Virus record (IMG/VR): IMGVR_UViG_3300046002_004029
Coordinates: 3,576 to 67,575 of that record
DNA length: 64,000 nucleotides
Reading direction: 5' to 3' (one strand)
Origin: a virus
Shown: positions 59,486 through 64,000 of the stretch, one piece after another
Numbering within the stretch: the first letter of the stretch is position 1
Layout: every line of letters begins with the position of its first letter
Position numbers and translations under genes: made by a program
Notes under the pieces: model-generated
What the model was told of the DNA's origin: nothing
The model's input: only the letters and a program-made list of their open reading frames with translations
Databases searched by the model: none

Positions 59486-59516
59486 TTGATTTAATTTAAT
59501 TGTTTATTTATTTTTA

Positions 59517-59879
59517 TTATGATAATGTTAAAAGGTATTTCATTCTAGCAGCTTCCCCGGATAGTGATTGTGCCATATTACATATATCTCCAAATTTATT
59601 TGAATCACCATAAGACTCTAACTCTTTGGAAAACTTTAATACTTCATCCACTATTTTTGTAGAATCTGCTTTAGAGGAAATAGGTTCAATTTTTAATGAT
59701 TGAATTCGTTTACCAGTATACCCCATTATTTTTTCTATAACATCATCTTTGAAGCATTGTAGAAATTCATAAAACCCACCAGTTGCCTTATGCTCTGCAA
59801 AACTTCTAGTCTCCCAATGAATCATATGAATCTGTTCGTGGAAGAATGCTAATTTACCTGCAATCTCTTCTGTTGTCAT
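59517..59879 (-). CDS. Ferritin/Dps-like four-helix protein
   Basis: HMIHW...AEHKA...FYE...D..IE...YLLTL. Confidence 0.7.
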   Translation of the reverse strand: MTTEEIAGKLAFFHEQIHMIHWETRSFAEHKATGGFYEFLQCFKDDVIEKIMGYTGKRIQSLKIEPISSKADSTKIVDEVLKFSKELESYGDSNKFGDICNMAQSLSGEAARMKYLLTLS

Positions 59880-59893
59880 AATAATTTATTTAA

Positions 59894-60364
59894 TTATTTC
59901 CAATCTGCTATTTTAACGTTTTTTCCTGGATTTTTACTTCTAACATAAGAAGCGATCTCTTCTCTATGAGTAGGATTCATTACCCTTCCCTTTACCGTAG
60001 TGTATGTTTGAGTGGTCTCACCTGGGCCAGACGTAGACATACTACCTTTAGTTACATAATCCTTGTATTTACCTAAGTTTAATTCAACATTTTTTGTATT
60101 ACTAGGCTGTGCAATAGAATTAATGCCTTCTTTTGTAAATTCAATACCAGTTGCTCCTTTAACTTGACCAATTGCGGTTTTGTTTGCGTAACTAGTATTG
60201 GTAGTTGTGGTATTACCTTCTTTTGTAGAAGTATTTGTAGAACTTAATTTTTTAACAGGAGGATCAATTAACCTGCTTGCAGTAGATCCGCTATTTAAAC
60301 CTGTAGGTAATTTATCCCCCGTTTTTGGGTTATTACCTCTGCCTGGTATTTGTGTATATGCCAT
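59894..60364 (-). CDS. Hypothetical protein
   Basis: T/G/K-rich. Preceded by CTAAA-N13-GTGTAAT (60398-60422). Confidence 0.6.
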   Translation of the reverse strand: MAYTQIPGRGNNPKTGDKLPTGLNSGSTASRLIDPPVKKLSSTNTSTKEGNTTTTNTSYANKTAIGQVKGATGIEFTKEGINSIAQPSNTKNVELNLGKYKDYVTKGSMSTSGPGETTQTYTTVKGRVMNPTHREEIASYVRSKNPGKNVKIADWK

Positions 60365-60408
60365 TTTATTTACCGTTTAATATGTTATTTTATTATTATT
60401 ACACTTAT

Positions 60409-60549
60409 TTATTTCTTTTTAGTCATTTCCTTCTTTTCAAAAGGTTTAGTCTCTTTTTTTTCGTGTTTTGCTTCTGCTTTTTTAGAGGTATATTTTTCTA
60501 CTTTACCTTTTTCAAAACTTCCTTTTTCTACAATTTTTTTCTTTGTCAT
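60409..60549 (-). CDS. Very small K/E-rich protein
   Basis: Hand-translated 46 aa: MTKKKIVEKG...YTSKKAEAKHEKKE. Confidence 0.5.
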   Translation of the reverse strand: MTKKKIVEKGSFEKGKVEKYTSKKAEAKHEKKETKPFEKKEMTKKK

Positions 60550-60559
60550 AATATTACTA

Positions 60560-60901
60560 TTATTTTATTAAGTTATCTAATACAACTGTGCTTTCATATC
60601 CTGCAAAACCGTGCCGTACATTTGTTGGAAATATTTCATTTGTTCCAAAGTCAATCACTTGTTCACACATAATATCATAAGCATATCCATCAGCAAATAT
60701 TGAGGCAGTTAATTCTACAAAATTCTCATCATACGTTCCATTTGTCAAAACTATTTTTCCAATTTCAACTATTGCTTGTATTCCTTGTCCATAAGATAAA
60801 GATGTTTCTTCTTCAAATGTTCTTTCTACGTAAACTCCTTTTGCTAATAAATCAGTAATTGCAGTTTCTTTGTTTGTGTAATTTAATTTATATATGTTCA
60901 T
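60560..60901 (-). CDS. Fibre-associated small protein
   Basis: Directly follows the fibre gene. Confidence 0.55.
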   Translation of the reverse strand: MNIYKLNYTNKETAITDLLAKGVYVERTFEEETSLSYGQGIQAIVEIGKIVLTNGTYDENFVELTASIFADGYAYDIMCEQVIDFGTNEIFPTNVRHGFAGYESTVVLDNLIK

Positions 60902-60902
60902 T

Positions 60903-62570
60903 TTATAGAGTTGTTAAGGCGATACACTCGGTATCTAATAATGGTGTTGGAAATAACATTGATGATTTTATGTAAAGAGGAACTGATAAGTTTGTATTTA
61001 TTTTACTCATTAATGTACCCGTGAATACTGTAGCTAAAATTACTTTAACTCCATTTACAAAAACATCAGCAGTTGTTCCATTCCATTTAATTACTATATT
61101 AACAATATTTGTTAATGTAGTATATAGTATAGTTTCAACACTCGCTTCCACTTTAGAAATAAGAACTCTATTTCCGCTGCCACCTGCAGTTTTAATTCTA
61201 AATCCAAAAATAGTCTCAGTTGAATCCATTAAAAGCATTCCGCTTCCAGCACTATCTCTTATATAAGCTATATTATTATTCAATTCAACAAACCACGTTC
61301 CACCCGCAGAAGTAATCAATCCATTTGTATAAATATTATTTCTACTAATAACATCAGAATTTCTTGTTACTGTACTTGCTACTGTTGGAATGTAAGAAGT
61401 TGGATATGCTCCGACTTCTAATTGTCCATTCGTACAACTTCCAGTAACTGTTAAAATTAAATTACCAATAGTTGGTGTAAATGTTAAACTAACTCTATTA
61501 TTTATTCCAGTTCCAACTAATGAACCTATAAAAGTTCCAGTTAAATTTATTGTTCCAGTTCCATAAAAAGAAATAGTATTTGCTACAGCAGTAGTTATTA
61601 TAATTTGATTTGTAACTATTGTACTATTTAACAATAAATTAGTTCTTTGCGGTTCTGATAATATACTTGGACAACCTCCTGCAGCATCATAGTTTAATCT
61701 AGGAACGTTTAATCTATCTGTTGTCGGGAAGTAATCTTTAGGGGTTGAACCTGTAACTAATTGTGCTCCCCAAATGTAAACAGACGTATCTAGAGTATTT
61801 ACTTCTGCTCTAGAAGAAGTACTTGAAGAAACTATACTTATAACAATGGCTCTATCTGTAGCGGTTGCAGTAGCGGTAGCTGTCATAGTACATCTATACC
61901 ACCCATTACCAAAATCTATAATAGATGAAGTTGTTCCTGTTCCTACGGAACCAACAACGCCATTATTAAGGTCAAAATTAGCAAAAACAAGTCCTGATGT
62001 ATAAATACCACTATTACCTACAATTTGCATAAAATTATTTGTTCCTTTTTTAGCAAAAATACTTGTAGTGTAAGTTGTATTACTATTTACCGATAAAGAA
62101 GCCTGTATCGAATGAAATGCTGATAATCCATTAGAAGTAAGTGTATCGGCAGTTAACGTTCCATTTGGAGAAATTTGAGTATTTGTTATAACTGTAGAAA
62201 ATGTTAAAATCCAAGTAGTTAAAAAATCTTGACTATATTTTGCTAAATTATAAGGAGTCTCTTCAATAAACCCTTCTGAATTTACTCTCGTGGCAGTAGT
62301 TGCTCTAACTACAGTCATATCTCCTAATGTTGTATTAGGAATAGCAGAATATAATATACTTTCTTTATAAGCGTTTGGTGTTGTTAATAAAGATACTTTG
62401 TTTAGTAAGTTTTTAGAATCTAATTTAGTTAAATAAGTATATAAACAAGAACTAGCTTCAAACATACTATTACCATATGATGTTACTCTGCTTTTAAAAC
62501 TAATTAAAGTATTAGAAACAATGTTAAACGAGGCTTTAAGCCAATCTACTCCAATACCTATACCTATCAT
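60903..62570 (-). CDS. Head/tail fibre or spike with carbohydrate-binding-like domains
   Basis: RATTATRVN, GNGWYRC, IWGAQL, EPQRTNLL and PTSYIPT..TVTR motifs. Confidence 0.75.
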   Translation of the reverse strand: MIGIGIGVDWLKASFNIVSNTLISFKSRVTSYGNSMFEASSCLYTYLTKLDSKNLLNKVSLLTTPNAYKESILYSAIPNTTLGDMTVVRATTATRVNSEGFIEETPYNLAKYSQDFLTTWILTFSTVITNTQISPNGTLTADTLTSNGLSAFHSIQASLSVNSNTTYTTSIFAKKGTNNFMQIVGNSGIYTSGLVFANFDLNNGVVGSVGTGTTSSIIDFGNGWYRCTMTATATATATDRAIVISIVSSSTSSRAEVNTLDTSVYIWGAQLVTGSTPKDYFPTTDRLNVPRLNYDAAGGCPSILSEPQRTNLLLNSTIVTNQIIITTAVANTISFYGTGTINLTGTFIGSLVGTGINNRVSLTFTPTIGNLILTVTGSCTNGQLEVGAYPTSYIPTVASTVTRNSDVISRNNIYTNGLITSAGGTWFVELNNNIAYIRDSAGSGMLLMDSTETIFGFRIKTAGGSGNRVLISKVEASVETILYTTLTNIVNIVIKWNGTTADVFVNGVKVILATVFTGTLMSKINTNLSVPLYIKSSMLFPTPLLDTECIALTTL

Positions 62571-62571
62571 A

Positions 62572-62838
62572 CTATCTTACTAATAAAATGCTACCCACTG
62601 GTATGTTTACCGCTGATGTAATTTGTGTTACTATAACCGGCAAAAACATACCGCTGGCTAAGCCAGAGAATGTTACGTCTGTAGTATTGCCATTTGGTCT
62701 TACTGTTATTGATGTTGCTAACGTAGGATCCGTAATTGCTCCTATGTATATCGCCGCTGGTTTAATGCCCAGGGTAGGAAATGCGCTAATAGTATCTACT
62801 GCCGTTGCAAAATCCGGTTGATTTAAATATTGTCCCAT
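62572..62838 (-). CDS. Small virion protein (spike base-like)
   Basis: AIYIG...DVTFSGLASG.FLPV.V, upstream of the fibre gene. Confidence 0.55.
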   Translation of the reverse strand: MGQYLNQPDFATAVDTISAFPTLGIKPAAIYIGAITDPTLATSITVRPNGNTTDVTFSGLASGMFLPVIVTQITSAVNIPVGSILLVR

Positions 62839-62842
62839 AGTA

Positions 62843-63291
62843 TTATAGTCTTGATTTTACTCGTTGTGTTATTGGCATTCCAGTTGGCTCGTTTGGTTGG
62901 TCAAAACGTAATTTAATACCATTTTTACCAGCACTATATCCAGGCACTTTGGGATATGCGGTCGTATCTAATGGTCCATCCCATATTGCGGTTGCCCCAA
63001 CTCCATTCATAGCTGCTTCTTTATCAATAGGAAACATTGGGTGTACTTTTGCTTTTATATTCATAATAGTTATATTTATTAAAAAGTAGTTGGTATTACT
63101 TGTTGTGGTTGATTTTGTACGCCTTGCGGTTGTTGCATACCAATTTGTGAATTAAAACTGTTGGGTACTGGTGTTCCATATACTCCCTGAATAGTTGATG
63201 GAGCAGAAAATAAACCAGGGTTTATTGGTGATGGTTGTACCTGGTTAGGATTTTGTAATCCTGTTTGGTCAATAAGGGTTGGTGCTATCAT
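62843..63291 (-). CDS. Two small hypothetical proteins (62843-63064, 63079-63291)
   Basis: Co-oriented ORFs. The second is P/Q-rich. Confidence 0.5.
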
Positions 63292-63731
63292 TGTCTTTTA
63301 TCTTTGTTTACGTTATCTATTGCAGTTCTTAATACTGTGTCTGTATATGTTTTACCTGTCATTATTGTATTTCTATAGCTTGTTGGTATATCTTCTTTAC
63401 CCAACATTATACGATACATTTTACTAATTAGTTGTTTACACTTAAATGAAACTTTGTATATGTGATATTTTTGGGTTGTATGGTTTCTTTCTCTCCAAAC
63501 CACAATCCATCCCTCTTTCAATAATCTGTTCCAGCGTTTATTGTCCCAACTATAAGCATACGTACCTATCTTGTAATCTTGTTTGGTAAATAAATCCATA
63601 CAATCAAAATATATTAGCAGTTCAAGGTCTGCATCAACCAAGTCATTATTTCTACAAGCCCAACGCCTTATTATACGATAATGTTTTAATAAACCTAGAT
63701 CTTTTATATCTATGGCTTCTAATCGTTTCAT
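63288..63731 (-). CDS. Hypothetical protein, possible winged HTH
   Basis: DLELLIYF...RLLKEGWIVVWR...YKVSFKCK pattern. Confidence 0.5.
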   Translation of the reverse strand: MKRLEAIDIKDLGLLKHYRIIRRWACRNNDLVDADLELLIYFDCMDLFTKQDYKIGTYAYSWDNKRWNRLLKEGWIVVWRERNHTTQKYHIYKVSFKCKQLISKMYRIMLGKEDIPTSYRNTIMTGKTYTDTVLRTAIDNVNKDKRQ

Positions 63732-63988
63732 AATATTACAGCGATGTCTTGCAACTTAATAACCGTGTATTTTTTACCTTCAGGTTCAATGCCAAATCCG
63801 GCTGCTTTATCATAAAGTATTTTATCGCCGGGTTGTATAACTTGTATATCCTCACTTACATAGTCTACGGTTGCTTCTTTATACCTTATGTTTTCTTTAT
63901 CTTTGTCTGCTAGTAATAATCCTCCTTCTGTTTTTTCTACAGTTAGTTTTGCTGGTGTTATAACTATATAATTACCTATTGCCCTCAT
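63728..63988 (-). CDS. groES: Co-chaperonin GroES
   Basis: EKTEGGLLL, QPGDKILYDK.AG and YTVIKLQDI. Confidence 0.85.
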   Translation of the reverse strand: MRAIGNYIVITPAKLTVEKTEGGLLLADKDKENIRYKEATVDYVSEDIQVIQPGDKILYDKAAGFGIEPEGKKYTVIKLQDIAVIL

Positions 63989-64000
63989 TTACTCTTAGAT

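Noticed and set aside
33043-62821. Many + strand ORFs overlapping late genes (e.g. 34078-34731, 50085-50471, 58133-58591)
   Set aside because: They are antisense shadows of well-supported minus-strand genes, with S/F/L-rich translations.
1-64000. Stop-codon reassignment as in some crAss-like phages
   Set aside because: Long intact ORFs and dense packing under the standard code, and no suppressor tRNA was identified.

Overview
AT-rich, gene-dense dsDNA tailed-phage sequence, probably most of a circularly permuted genome. A Bacteroidota/Flavobacteriaceae host is inferred from the AT-rich translation starts that lack Shine-Dalgarno sequences and from crAss-like or Cellulophaga-podophage-like structural genes. 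The + strand (about 7.2-32.6 kb) carries small early genes, a tmRNA, odd tRNA-like RNAs, a sigma factor, ERF/exonuclease/SSB, a primase-helicase, a ThyA homolog, MazG-like genes, a resolvase and a class II RNR. The - strand (64-32.7 kb and 6.6-0 kb) carries GroES, terminase, portal, capsid, tail, ejection proteins, tail fibre and lysis genes. The two arms diverge at a GC-rich non-coding region at about 6.65-7.2 kb. Main observations: (1) A 2419-aa probable ejected polyprotein contains a zincin HExxH motif, a sigma70 region-2-like segment and a PD-(D/E)xK nuclease-like segment, separated by a repeated V[KR][EL]S[KM] motif. It is accompanied by 12 fixed-spacing phage-specific early promoter motifs and a second, free sigma gene with a different promoter class, which suggests a cascade from an injected sigma to a phage-expressed sigma. 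(2) The 10-mer TGCTATACAC occurs at least 20 times, is strand-polarised, sits inside coding sequence and thins out with distance. (3) The ThyA homolog has the Asn->Asp change associated with dCMP specificity and lies next to MazG-like genes, so the genome may carry modified cytosine. (4) The tmRNA has a 34-aa tag and is followed by four enlarged tRNA-like RNAs without a canonical anticodon arm. All calls are by eye, and no database searches were run.
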